DNA of 64,000 nucleotides from Antedon mediterranea. Taxonomy: Eukaryota > Animalia > Echinodermata. The stretch is from NCBI RefSeq assembly GCF_964355755.1, contig NC_092674.1:15562001-15626000 (forward strand), in the 5' to 3' direction. Each line of letters opens with the position of its first letter. Within the stretch, counting starts at the first letter, position 1. Position numbers and translations under genes: made by a program. Under the pieces are notes generated by a model. That model did no database searches and was not told where the DNA came from. It saw only the letters and a list, made by a program, of their open reading frames with translations. Below, piece by piece: positions 39,761 through 54,300 of this stretch.

Positions 39761-41127
39761 ACCAACGTCTGGTGAACAGTTCATACACAAATTGTCGAAG
39801 AACCTCATTGACTTAAGAATAAAGATCTAAGTTGGAGCCTTGGCGATAGCGATGAAAGTGATAACTAAACCAATACTAGTGGCAAAGAAGATATCAGTGA
39901 TGTTGTACGTAGAGAAGAGGCTGTAGTCGAAAATAGCAATATTTCCAACGGTTGCAGTGTCCTGACAAAAGATAAAGTAAAGTATTAAGACTTTCATAGG
40001 CCTGCAGCTTCCCGAGCTGCTAACGCCCAAGAACGCCACAATCAAACAAAGACTACAACATGCAATGTGAAATTAGGTAAACGCCATATTTAAACTTCAA
40101 ATTAGGCATATATGTAAGTATGAACAAAAATATATGCAGAGAACATTTATATCTTTACTTATGATAATTTGACTCAAACAATTGTTAAGGTTTTACAATC
40201 AGTAAGTATATCATCTAAATCATTCCATTCCATTCCTTCCTGAGAAGGTTATACAGTATTTAGATTTGGGTGATCTAACAAGTGGTACAAGCATCTTACG
40301 TGGATTTCTAAAAATCGCCCATAAAAGAAAAAAAGTCTGATAATCATTTCTTTTGGAATCATTTTAATGATAGCAATGCAAGAATACGTCCTTTTGTTGC
40401 ACAGGCTGCGCACAGGATAGTGTTTGAATTATCCAGAAAATCATGGATGGGTTTCACTGGGCTGGTATGTACATATCACGTGGATGTACTAGTTGAACTA
40501 CTATGTTCTGTTTGCGTTGAGGATGAAAAAGTGCTAACCAATAATAGTAAGATTTGTTAGATGCGCATCCACCAAAGTGGTCAAGGCCTGTGAAAACCCA
40601 ATCGAAAAATAATCCGTAAACTTAAAAAAACTATTAAATCTAGATAAAAACCACATAATTGTATTTTATTTACCAGTTAAGGTGCACAGACTGGCTGCCA
40701 CATATCTAGTTATTCTCAATGAGCTGAATACATAATAAATAAAACAAAAATGATTGCCAAGCCAACATAAAGAAGCAGATCAAATCAGATATTTTATTGC
40801 CTCAAAATTAAAATTGCAGGAGCTCTGCAACCATGCTCTAACCAATATTTGCAAATATTAATTTTAAAAGGTGTTATAACTTTTGCTTTTAATCATTTAT
40901 ATTATTTAAGGTCAATAAAGTGACTAATTACAGTATTATAATCATACATAATCACAATTATATGAAATAACATAACTTTACTGATCAAATAATGTGATTA
41001 CTACCTAATATGCATATTGAAATGTTGATGTCAACTGAAGAAATGATAGAGTGTTCTTTAATTGCGTATGATTGATTAGAATAAAACATTAAATTTTATG
41101 TTAAATGTTAGTTTTTATTTCGTTTTA

Positions 41128-41962
41128 TTATACAGATATTGACTGCTTAGAGGTTAAATATAAGATTTGACATCCCCGAGGGAATGATATTAAGTAATAA
41201 TATCATTCCCGAGGAGATGTCAAATCTTATATTTAACCGATATAAAAGGCAATATCTGTTATATTATATAGCCAAGAACAAGTCTGCTGGGTTGGGTGAA
41301 GCTAGGCTAGGCCTCCTATATTTGTATTGTATTTAAACAAGCCTGCCTAGACACCTTACCTTGCGAAGAATAATATACAGATAATTACTAATTAATGATT
41401 CCTTGGCAATAAAATATTTACTTAGGCCTAGGTCGTTTAAATTAACAGAAGAATTTCCATCAATAAGCCTATTAATAATAATATTATAATCAGGTAGGCC
41501 GAATAAAAATTCGTCTTCTTAACTTCTCTTCGACCGAGGAGCCGAATCACCGGATGTTCAGCGCGTACTAGTTACTAGGTTAGGGTGGACTAATAACAAA
41601 TGAGGGCGCTATGTATGCATAGCTTAAATAGTTTAGAAGATTAATTTCTTCAAGCAAGTTCAGTGGCGCAGGGGTTGAAGCGTTGTCTTGCGATGGAGTG
41701 ACAATTCCACCCGAGTTCAAGATTGAGTTGATGACTTTTGTTTATTTATCGGCAACGCGAGTGTTGGCACACGAAAATTACACAGTCAATATCATCGAAC
41801 TCGAGAATCTATATGTTTAATGACAGGGGACACGATAATTACGCGAAAATTACAGTCAATATCATCGTTCTCGAGGATATATACGATTTACGATCCTCGC
41901 AGCAGTAGTCATGTGATGCAGTTTCAACCAATCACGTTCGCGTATTTACATAGGCTATGTAA
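41128..41962 (+). mobile_element. TA-flanked hairpin element, copy 2 (centre of hairpin deleted)
   Basis: Colinear and nearly identical to 15601-16548, with the same termini and TA flanks. Confidence 0.85.
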
Positions 41963-42302
41963 TATAGTTAGTTAGTGACCCCACAACCAATAAATGGTAC
42001 GATAACACCATTGTATGATTAGTGACTAATGTGCCATTTGTGGGGTCACTGACGAATACGTAACTATAGTATGATGGTACTCAGAGAGCGCAGACCATTA
42101 CATATGAAAATGTAATGGCTTGTTCCCATACAGCTATGAAACCATCTGATATTAAAAAAACTTTAGAGTATCCTTTTACACACAGAAGTTTAGAAATTAT
42201 CGACTTGTTTATAACAATTTCATTTGCAGAGTTCCAAAGGATATGACAAAGGCGGCCTATATCAATAACTGGGTTTAACTTTGTGTGGAAACTTGCTTAA
42301 CA

Positions 42303-45300
42303 ATGGAAAAGACGAACAAATCTCAAGATACGTTCGACTGTATTGTAATTGGCGCAGGAATCATCGGCTCATCAACAGCATACTCCCTGGTTAAACAGAC
42401 TAAACACGTTATGTTACTTGATCAGGTAAGAAAATGGTAGTGTACTCAGCTACATACTGTAATTCCTTTGACAATGTATGCTCTGCAGTATGCAATTTTT
42501 GTGAAGTAAACGCTACAATATAACCCTCCTTTAGGAAATATAATGTAACACTACAGTCAACCCCTACTCAAGGCACACCTCTATTAAGGGGACACTTTTA
42601 GGCGTGCCAAATGTTTGATTCAACCGGTTTTTCATCATAAAAAAAAAACAATTTGTTGGGTGTCCCGAAGGTTTCCCCTAATATATTCTCTACTGTAATT
42701 TGCAAGGTAATGTATCTAGCCATGATGACATAATCCATGGTACCGTATATTATGTCAACAGAAATAAGAATATTGTGTCGACTTGACAATATAAATTGTC
42801 TTGACAAGTCGTCAAGTGTATGGCACTTCGACGCTTCCGTATACTGATGATTTAATACAATAAATTCCGTGTCGAATTGTAGTCAGGTCAATTCTTATTT
42901 ACGTCACACTACTTATGTACGACAAAAGTCGCGCCTAAATTTGGATCGGAATCTTGAGAACATATCGTGGAAAATGGGTTCAGTGGTAAAGCATAGAATC
43001 GTTCACACCAAAATCGTACGATTTGAATACGTACTTGATTCGGAATCTGAATTCGGAGCGATGGATTAAGAAGCCATTTGTTTCCTAAAATCGTACTATT
43101 GTTTTTTCAATCAACAGTGAGCATGAATGACCTCGCTTGACACCGTATAACCAAATTCGTTCGTTATTCGTGTGAAAAAGCACACTTAATGCTCGCGCTA
43201 TTTTCTCATTGCGCCGGACCAAATCACACTGAGCCCAGATTCTGGCCCTGGTCCATGGAGAAATTATTTGGATATAATGTAGGGCCTAATTCCTAATAAT
43301 TTATATGTACTGCACATGTTGATTAAAAACTTCGCATCATCATTATTTTTTCTCATTAGAGTAACGTTTCCACTACGTTATATTATTGTTAGGTATTAAA
43401 CGTTATGATTTATTTACTCATCGTTTATAAATATTCATTCATTCAATCTTTTATTTCGGAATCTCTGGTCCATAGAAAGGAAAAAGTACATATAAATAAA
43501 ATAAAATAAACAAGACTAATTACTACTACTCATCTTAGGATGGCATTCCATCTGGAGAGCATCTTCGACTTAACTAAGACATTGCTCATAATCGTTGAGA
43601 CTAAAACATTTTCCTTTGCATTTAGTCTACCCATCAGGCCATATATTATATATATATATAAACTTTATTTAGACACGAGACTGATGTGCAGTACAACTCG
43701 TTCAATCAATATTGATTGTTTTTACACAAGTTCGTGATACTGTATTACAACAAAAAAATCAACACCATATAAATACGACAGAAAGAAACAAAATTACAGC
43801 AGAATCCCCTTCATCTGACACCTCTATTTAGGGTACACCATACCGGTACTTCCCGTGTAAACGGGAACCTTTATCGTAGTGTATAATTTATGGGGATTCT
43901 ACTGTAATACATAATACATCTTTTTGATTTCATTTACCTTAAAATAAATTAGTGATAAAACACACATTTTATATAGTATTTAGCCATTTTAAAAGTTGGA
44001 TGTACAAAATCGTAGATTACCATACCATTAGGTTTTACAATGCATTTTTCAGATACGTTTTAAATAACTTAACTGAATTTGGAAGGGTATCAACTATCCC
44101 ATATAATTGCTCCACGATAAGACAGACTTCGTTTTTTAAAATCGGTTTTTGGCTTCGGGATGAATAGATGTGTATCACTGTGCCTTAGATTATAATTTAT
44201 ATCATTGTATGTAAATACATTATTTAGGTAAGGTGGGGCATTATCTGTCAAAACCTTATATATAACCATACAACATTCATATCTATCTTGATAAAATAAA
44301 GGTGACCAATTAATTTGTCTTAGTGCCTCACTACTAGGTGTGTCCCATGTTAGACCACACACGATTCGAGCTGTTCTGTTTTGGATAGTTTGAACTCTTT
44401 TCATTAGAGTTTGACTACTATTTCCCCAAATTATGTTACAATAGCTCAAGTAAGGTATTACAATAGAGTTTGCAATATGTTTTAATATGTTTTGTGGAAA
44501 ATCATAGCTACATCGTCTGAGCATACCCAATCCATTTAGAGCTTTACCTCGAATGTATTCAATCTGATTTTTCCATGATAAATGTTCGTCTATTATGATA
44601 CCGAGATGTTTGCAATATCGAACGCGTGGTACAACATCGTTATCTATATTAACTGATCTATTTTTTTCTTTGGTGGTTGCCAATCGGTTTGTCGATCCGA
44701 TCAACATGAACTCGGATTTAGAGACATTTAGACTCAATTTATTATTTTTTAGCCAATCGTCGATTTGTATAAGTTCTTCATTTATACTTTGGTATATTTC
44801 ATTTTCATTTTTTGAAGAACAATAAATTATAGTATCGTCAGCATACATACTTATTTTACATTTGTTTGCAACTTTCGATAGGTCATTTATATTTAAGAGG
44901 AAAGCAAGTGGGCCCACGATTGACCCCTGAGGCACTCCACATTGGATGTGTGTATAGTCAGACAATGTATTATTTACATTTGTGAATTGCTTTCGCTCAG
45001 ACAGATAGCTCTCGAACCATTTTAAAACATATTTACTTAAACCATAAAGTCTCAATTTGCTTAATAGTATGTTATGGTTTACCGTATCAAAGGCCTTTTT
45101 AAAATCTAGTAAACAGATTCCGACCAGCTTACCCTCGTCTATTGCACTATACCAGTCTTCCGTCACTTTTGTAAGTGCAGTAGATGTTGAGTATGATGGT
45201 CGAAAACCTGATTGATTTATACATAACAGATTATTATTATTCAAAAAAGCATAAAGTTGATTAAAAACGACTCGTTCAATTATTTTTTAAAGTATAGGTA

Positions 45301-48300
45301 GGACGGAAATGGGACGATAATTATTAAGGTTAGTTTTTTCACCATTCTTAAAAATTGGCGTGACCTTTGCTATTTTCCACGTATTTGGGAATTTACATGT
45401 TGTGAAGGAGTGATTTATGATTCTTGTAATTGTTGGGGATATAATCGGGGCAGACAGTTTTAGAATGCCCGGTGGTAAGTTATCATGACCAGTGGCTTTG
45501 TTTTTTGAAAGATTACTTAAGTATTTATATACAAATTCACATGTGATGTGTTCGAATTCAAAATTATTTTCGGTGAAAGCATCGATTTCATCATAATTTA
45601 TATCATTTATCGGCTCATGTATTTGTGATGCAAGATTTGAACCTATATTTGAGAAAAATGTATTAATTTCATTTGCGATGTCCTTAGCTTTATAGAGGAC
45701 ATCGCCATTATCATTGCAAATTGTTTGAATAGTTTGAGTTTTCTTTTTTGACGATAAAATATATCTTATGGTATCCCATGTTTTTTTTACATGTTTTTAT
45801 TTTCTTTTATACTTTCTTGAATAAAATTAGCTTTACTTTTACGTATTAATTTATTGCACATATTTCTATACTTTCTGTACCTTTTCCAGAGTGATTCATT
45901 TTTAGAATGTTTACATTCTCTTTTGAGTTTATCTCTTTCTCTCATATTTCCAATTACATCATCAGAGAGCCAAGGAGCTGTTTTTTTTACGTACCCTGTG
46001 TTTTTTCCAAGGAGCATGTTTATCTAAAATGTTGGTTAGTGTAGTTTCGAGAAGTTTGGCACTCTGACTTACGTCGCCACTGGCGGTAATACCATTCCAA
46101 TTTACCATTAATAAATCGTTTAAAAAACTGTCTTCATTAAATTTTTTAAAGTTTCGTGTCATTTTATAATTATGATCCTGTTTAATAATTTTATTTGTTT
46201 TATTGGAATCTTTAATATTTTTCGCCCTTTTTCCCATTATAGCGATTGGCATTGAGTGGTCACTTAAGCCGACGTGGATAACTCCAGACTTTAATATTTT
46301 AGAAACATTTGAGAAATACATAACATCTATTAATGTAGAGGAATGTTTTTCTATACGTGTTGGTTCTTCAATGATCTGTTTTAGATTAAAATTTTCACTT
46401 AATTCAATTAGTTTCTTTGTGTAGCAATGTGGATTGTCAGACATAACGTCACAGTTTAAATCTCCCATCATCATAACATCTTTGTGTTCCAGTTCAATCT
46501 TTTGAAATATATTTTGTAAATATTCAAAAAGAACTGCTGTAGTATTTGGAGGTCTATACCACAATAGAACAATTAGATTTTTACATTTATCACGTACTAT
46601 TTCAATAGATAGGAGTTCGAGTTCATTACACATTAGATCATTCCTAATTTTGTGGTTGGTTTTTAGGTTTATATAGAGTGCTACACCTCCACCTTTTTTA
46701 GTTTTACGTCTAGTCTGTGTAATATATAATTGTCAACATGAAAATCTTCATCAATAAATGTATTGTCTAGAAATGTTTCGCTTAAACCAAAAACATTGAA
46801 ATTGTTGTTATTTAGAATACGTTGCAATTCATCAAAATGTAAGTCTAGGCTACGTATATTTAAATGTGCAAATATAAAACCCTTTTGATTTAGTTCCTCA
46901 AATATATGAGGATCTTTTTTTACTATTTGGTTTATATCTGTTATTGTATTATTCCTATCATTTATTACATATGAGTGGTTATCATTAATTAATACATCAT
47001 CTATGGCCTGGGAACATTCAGTACTATTGTTAGTCTCTTTTTCGGACTGTGACTTTAATGTACTTCTTAGACTCTTTGGTCAATTTTTTCGTTCGTAATA
47101 ATAATGATCATAATTATGTACATTACCACAATATCTTGCTTTATGACCATATTGACCACACGATTTACATGTTAACTGTTCTTGATAGTAGCATTCGTAA
47201 GCTTGATGGTTGTTTAGTCCACATTTCCAGCATGGTTCATACATATAGTTTGACTCTTTGGAGCCATAACTAAAGTGTTGGTAACTGTCATTTCTTCCTT
47301 GTTGATTATAATAACCATGTCTATTTCGTTTCCAGGGGCTTGTATTTTGATTTCTGTTTGTCTGACATTCTTGAGCATGTTGCCTGGATGATGATTTCTC
47401 TGTATATAGAAATTGGAGATCATCAATATTTTCATAGAATAGTTTAGCTAGTCGTATGGATCCTGTTATGTTGAAATGTAAGCCATCAATGAATAGGGAT
47501 TCATCAACTGAGCCACATTGGTACACAAATTTTGAAGAGATGTTTATGAAGCCAGTATCCAGCCGTGTACTGAGATCGCTAAGTGCTGTATTTACACTTT
47601 GAATATCATCCATATGATTTGGGCGTGGAGGAATTGCTGATATATAAAGCTTCGATGTTGGTGACTTCATCATGACCATCGTGATTATTTTTTTCCATTG
47701 ATTCTTGGATTTCTGTTACCACCTTACCATTTGAGACATCATTTGTTCCTACCTGTATAATATAATATATCTCATGATTTTCTTAACAATTCATAGAAAG
47801 AAGGAATTCTACATTCCGTAAACATAAGGCTGGCACTGCAATGTCGAGGCCTTTGTAGCAACATTATTAAACCATTATCTATATATAAATTTACGTAAGG
47901 GCAAAATTCGGTAAATCGCGCGTTATTTCTAGAATGTTTACTCGATGGTATATAAAGTTGGTTCGTACTTTCGGTACTGATTTTAACCACCTGATGTAAC
48001 CCTGTTTACTAATTAAATTGAGTTCGATAATTAGTTATTGACGATTAAAACGAATTTAGGTTCAACGATTTGCCCCAAATAGGGGTGTTTTTCGATGGTG
48101 GTATACACTGTCTAATGGATGTCCGTCTTGAAAAATACCCGCAGACAATAATACGAGGATGCTTCGCATTTTCCTATCTCCTCCTACGATAATTGTTTTT
48201 AATGGCTGAAAACCGGTTGAACAGCTCGAGTATAGCATCATAATGTTGAAGACAGGCCGATTTTCTTTAAAAAATACTATTTTGATAGATTTAATATACG

Positions 48301-51300
48301 TTTATACAAATGTATTGATTTGCGATGAATGGAACATTCCAATCTCTGTTCCACAAGTGTCTATTCCTTCAGGCGTCGTAAAGGCATACATTTGTATATA
48401 ATTATTAAATAATAAAAAAAAAAGTCATGACAAAAACAGTTTGAAGTATTGTAACATACTTGAAGAGATCGCAAGGTACCTTGATTATAGTTGCACCATA
48501 ATGTAGCACAATACATATTTACACAATATGTTCTAAATAAAACACATTTTACATTGATATAGTTTCATAATATAAATGATGATCAACTGTCGTCTGTAGG
48601 TTATAGTTAATATTATTAATCGTTTTTTTCTGAAACATATATATAACAACATCATCAGCGTATATACATATAAGATGCATTTGTTACAGATAGTGATATG
48701 TCGTTAATGAAGATCTAAAAGAGTACTGGGCCGAGAACACTTCACAATTGTTGAGTAATCTTTTCTAAATGTATATTGGTCTATATTTATGAAGTTGAAT
48801 TGCCAAATACCGAAATTTGTCTATAGTTACTTTAAATATGTTTGTTCCTTGAGATGGTTTTTGCAATTTTCTAATCTCTCCTTTCATTAACGAAAATATT
48901 ACATAATACATTGCATGTTTCTGAAGATGCAATTTTTAACAGTTTACTATTAAAGTCAATGTATTGCCATTGCAAAGTAACACCCATTATGAATGATATT
49001 TTCAGTTAAAATTAATGGCATATGGGTTCTCAGCCATATAAGCATTATTAAACCTATATTTATCAGTATTCTGATATTTTGAATTTCAAAATGGCAGCCA
49101 TTTAAACAAAAATGGATTAAATTTCTTTGCAAGTTATAACATTGATTCAAGTCAAATACACTGATATGCCTATGAAAACAACAAGTGATTAACGCAAAAT
49201 AGCGGTAATTCAAAATGGCTGCTATTTTGTGTTAATCACCATGTTGTTTAAAATAGGTTAAATTTCTTATTAAGATGTGTTTAAATTAAATTGAAATTAC
49301 ACAAAATAATAGGCCTTCACCTATGACAACAACATGGTGATTAAACACAAAATGGTGACCATCAGGAGTACACTTCTTCCTAACCCTAACCCTTCTCATA
49401 AACTAACTCTGCCGAAGTATTTCTAATAAGTGAGCTGTCTTGAATGTGATACAGTAAATTATCCTTCCTTTTGTTCTCCACTATTGTATCCATCAACTTC
49501 TACTAGTACCGAACCAGAGTTAGTATGTGCTTCTGTGACGTCCATTATAGATGTTTTCCATTTAGGATATTTGTGTCACTGTTGTAGGTAATACAAGTTC
49601 AGTTTCAACAAAAGCACTGGCCCAATGCTACATGTTTAAAAGCCATAATATAGCTCGCTGGGTTGAAATTAAGAATTGCTTCGTTCTTGATGTCCTCTCT
49701 GTGCACCTCCACTAATGTCGGTCAAGAGTCATCATTAGGCATTATCTTGCCTTTCCCTATTACATGAGTTGTTATACCAAAACCATGTGTAATAGTAGTC
49801 CATCTGCAGTGTGTATCTAATTTATTCGGTAGAGATTGTAGAATTTGACTGTGAGAAGTCGGAGTTAATGCTTCCTATGAAGCTTGTGAATGAGCTGTAT
49901 CTTTATTTCCTTCAACCTGCGGCCAAAGGTGGTCATGTTGAAAACTTACAATCCATACTGGTGACTATGGGCCTGAAGGTTCAGGCATTTAATTACATGG
50001 CAATAACTCATTTATTATTTCACATTAGGTATAAATACACTTGTTTTATATTGTGGTCCTGTCTTAGATACAAACACTGAAATAACAGTTTCAGCTTTAT
50101 GAAAGGAAATGAGATCTATAATTAAGAATTAGAAGTAATTGTTGTCAATTTGTAAGTTGTTCAGATGAATTCATTTAAGGGTCATGTGGGGTATTATATA
50201 TCTATTATTATAGAGAACATTGACATCTTAAACAGCCTAATATTCGCCAATCCTATGAGAAGTGACTATTTTAGATCATTGTATACAAACAATTATGCAC
50301 ACATATTTATAAAAATAATAATAAATTTAATTTTTAGTGGTGGCCATTTTAAAATCCAAGATGGCTGACAAATTATCGCTTTACATAGATTGTATAATAT
50401 AATATGGTATTTTAATAATACCATAAAAACCGACTTTTAATTAGGGTTTATTTGAATGTTGGCGGCCATCTTGAATTTTGTCCTATAAATGTCTTTAGAA
50501 AAAATGGCAACATATTTTTTTTCATTCCTTATAACATATGAAATAAAGTCAAAGTTTGCTTTTAACAAAAAATATACACGAAATTCCTATAAATGACATA
50601 TCAGCCTACACTACTATTAGATATTTTATACAGGTGAGGAAGCAAGCTGACATATCAGCCTACACTACTATTAGATATTTTATACAGGTGAGGAAGCAAG
50701 CTGACATATCAGCCTACACTACTATTAGATATTTTATACAGGTGAGGAAGCAAGCTGATTGGTGTGTAATTTGTAACATCCTTTTTGTCTTTCTTGAATA
50801 TAAGAATTCATTTGGCTTCATCCCACTGGTGAGGGATTTCCTCTTCTAGTATGATCTTGTTGAATAGATCCGTGACTATAGTAATTGCCTCTTCATGCCC
50901 CAGGCAGATTATGTCAGATGTTAGCTGGTCTTCACCTGTTGCCTTTCCATTTTTTATTTTCTTAATGGCATGGCGCACTTCACCCGGTATGATAGGAGGA
51001 CAACCATCAGCAACCAATTTTCATTCTCTCTCCAGTCCGATTGGTTGCTATTATAAAGAGTCTTATAGAAGTCCTTTAAAACTTTATTGATTTGCTGTTT
51101 GTCTTTTGTTTCATTTCTATCTGAGTCCTTCAAACAAGTTATTTGTTTTCCAGTTTGCATTTTTCTGTTGATAAACCCTGGCCCCTTGTGCTTTTCAAGA
51201 ACCTCTTGAACCATTTTGATCTATCCCTTCGTTAAAGATTGGTGTTACCTTTTAATGAAAGAAAAACATGAACCTGATAATAAATGATTATACCACAATT

Positions 51301-54300
51301 GACAATTATATGGAAGCTCCCCTTACCTGTGTAGGAGGAATGTTGTCCATTGTCCGTGCCTTTCTTGAAAAAAAGATCTTGTGTCTTAGCTTAGTAACAC
51401 TTCTTAAAGTACTTGTCTTGTCGTATAGATGACATGTAAACTCCTCTAGCAACTGGAATTGAGATGAGTTGACTCCTAGAGATTTGAAAGGGTGATGTGC
51501 CATGAAAAAAAGGCTTCTGTGACTGCTGGAAATGAGTTCCACGTCTCCCATGCGGAGTGTTTTGCTTTTCCGAAGAACTGGGATGTAGTATCGGACCCAG
51601 TAAATGCATGAAAAACTTGCAGCCCTCTTGACTTATCCTCTCCTAGGTTATGGCAGATGGTATTTATATTAAAATATTGGAAGTGCTTACTCATGCCAAA
51701 TGCGACCCAGATACACGTACCAGGATAACAGGCTATTATATTGCAGAAAATACCAACCAGGATAACAATGACATCAGTATCAACTGTACGCACCAAAATA
51801 ACCCTGCTACCTTTCTTTAAGGCATCAGCAATGTGAATGCACATCCTGGAGTCGGCCTCTTCATGGTCGCAGATTGACATAGGTTGAGTAGATGTCCGGG
51901 ATACAACAGACTCGCCTACAGGACATATATCAAGAATTACTTACTAATTTAATATGCCTTTTTAATTAATTATTGGTACGAAACTGTATAAGTAAATTAA
52001 TCGTTTGGTTACAAACAAAATAAATTAGTATGTATCATAATAAAACTTACCTGATGTAATGTAAGTTTGAAATTGTTTCGTGTAGCCTGTTGACCTAAAC
52101 TTTAAATGTTTCTTGGGTAGAGAGTCCTTGTTCTCGTTGCTGAAAGTCATTCGGATCATCAACCATGAACTGACTCTCGAACTCTGTAATCAATCTTGCT
52201 TGTTCTGGCCCCACCACCATCCACCTCCTAAACGCTGTTGGATTTTCAGTAAGTCCGACTGCACCCAGTTCCTTTTACTAATTCGTTGTTCTGCTCATGA
52301 GATTGGTCAATGGGCATACAGGAGAACTTTCTTGTGGTTTTTGGAATAACCCAGAACTTCTTAAAATCTTCTTTGATGTTTAAAGGTAGTGTTTTCATGT
52401 CCCTAATGTGGATGGGAATCCATCGGGCATAGTTGGGACGATCCATAGCAAAACAAACAGGGTACCAGAGCTTCCAGTGACTCTACATATATCCCATGTG
52501 CGGTGGGCACGAACGAACATCAGAACAGTTAATTCAAATTCTAGAATAATATCCCAGTACTGAAAGGTTGGACTTTCCTTAATCATTTCCTGTCTCCACA
52601 CATCAAAACTTTGAGATTCATTGAAGTGCCAAGCATCTCGTTGCATGCATACATTGGCTGCTTTTATTTTTTTAAGTAAGGATCATTTTTATAATTAGAC
52701 AGCAGAATAGTTTTTTTATTCTCACAATAATTATGATAATTTGCAGAGATAAACCTGTCCATGTGAAGGTGAGATAAACCTGTCCATGTGAAGGGAAATA
52801 ACCTTTATTAACCCTTAGATAGTCTCTGGAGATAATGTAGTGTATGACAATCTACATGTCATAAGCTTTAATTTAATACCAAACATGACATGTCTATATG
52901 AAAGCTTTATTTTCACATAAATTACGTAATACTAAAAAAAGGGCGTGGTCCAAATGACGTCGTTAAATTGTTCAGATTTTTGGGCACCCCTTCTAGGATT
53001 GTTAGATATACCCCTAAAGAAGGTTTGTGCCAAATTTGGTGCTTTTGTCACAAAATGCACAATCTTCATAAAAAAATGGAAGTTAGCAACCCTGCTATTT
53101 CTTCCTTATAGTATTGTTGAGTTCTGTATATTCTACTTGGTGTAGAACAGAGTATTGCCTATGGGGTTTCAGTGCTTTCTCTTTCTAGTTCATTTGTCTG
53201 ATTTCTGCCATCTTTTTGTTATCTATTGTAACATGTGTTGCTTCTTCTTTTGCTAGTTTCTCAGCAGCTTCACGTGTAGTCTGGACGATTTGGTCGTAAC
53301 TTTCGGTTACTGTTTGGTAATCCATCTGATCGTGTAATGATGCAAATCTGTTTTTAAATTCTAATCTGAATTCGATACTTTGTTCTGATAGTTTATTGAT
53401 GTTGATCCTTCTCTTCCCAGTTGACGACGTGAAAGCGAGGACCAAATTAGTACGATGTTCCAAGTACGACTTAATCTATTGTAAAGCCTCGTCTTTGATA
53501 TAAGGATGCTGTAGTCAAAAGGTATGGCGTGATCTATCGAAGGAAGCACTGATATTGAACATAACTTGGACAACAATTATGGCCTTTGTCCAATAACGCT
53601 AACAGGACAGTCTCATCTATATATACATTTACGGGCAAAATTCGGTAAATCTCGCCTTACTTATAGAATGTTCACTCGATGGTATATAAAGTTGGTTCGT
53701 AATTTCGGTACTGATTTTAACCACCTGATGTAACCCTGTTTACTAATTAAATTGAGTTAGATAATTAGTTATTGACAATTAAAACGAATTTAGGTTCAAT
53801 GATTTGCCCCAAATAGGGGTGTTTTCCGATCGTGGTATACACTTTCTAATGGAGGTCTATCTTGAAAAATACCCGCACACAATAATACGAGGATGCTTCG
53901 CATTTTCCTATCTCCTCCTACGATAATTGTTTTTAATAGCTGAAAACCGGTTGAACAGCTCGATTACAGCATCATAATGTTGAAGACAGGCCTATTTTGT
54001 TTAAAAAATACTATTTTGATAGATTTAATATACGTTTATACAAATGTATTGATTTGCGATGGATAGAACATTCCAATCTCTCAGACTCCCAGTTTGTTGG
54101 TAAATTGATGAGCCCTTGGCTTAACACAAGTAGGTAAATATATGGGCCCTTGGAGAATAAACTTACAACTGAGATAAGTATTGCAATACTTTGACAATAT
54201 TGTAGATACGTTTTTGGTCGCCATTTGAATCGAAATTTTCTTATTGTGAATGTGGTTATTGTTAGATATTATATAAACACATATACAAAGAACATTTATT

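Noticed and set aside
50556-50849. 97-aa ORF with a triple peptide repeat
   Set aside because: A by-product of the 54-bp DNA triplication across TE sequence; no splice or homology support.
47883-54081. Two ~460-bp direct repeats 5.3 kb apart resembling LTRs
   Set aside because: No TG...CA ends, primer-binding site, polypurine tract or gag/pol between them; the interior is unrelated Academ and RTE debris, and more copies occur elsewhere.
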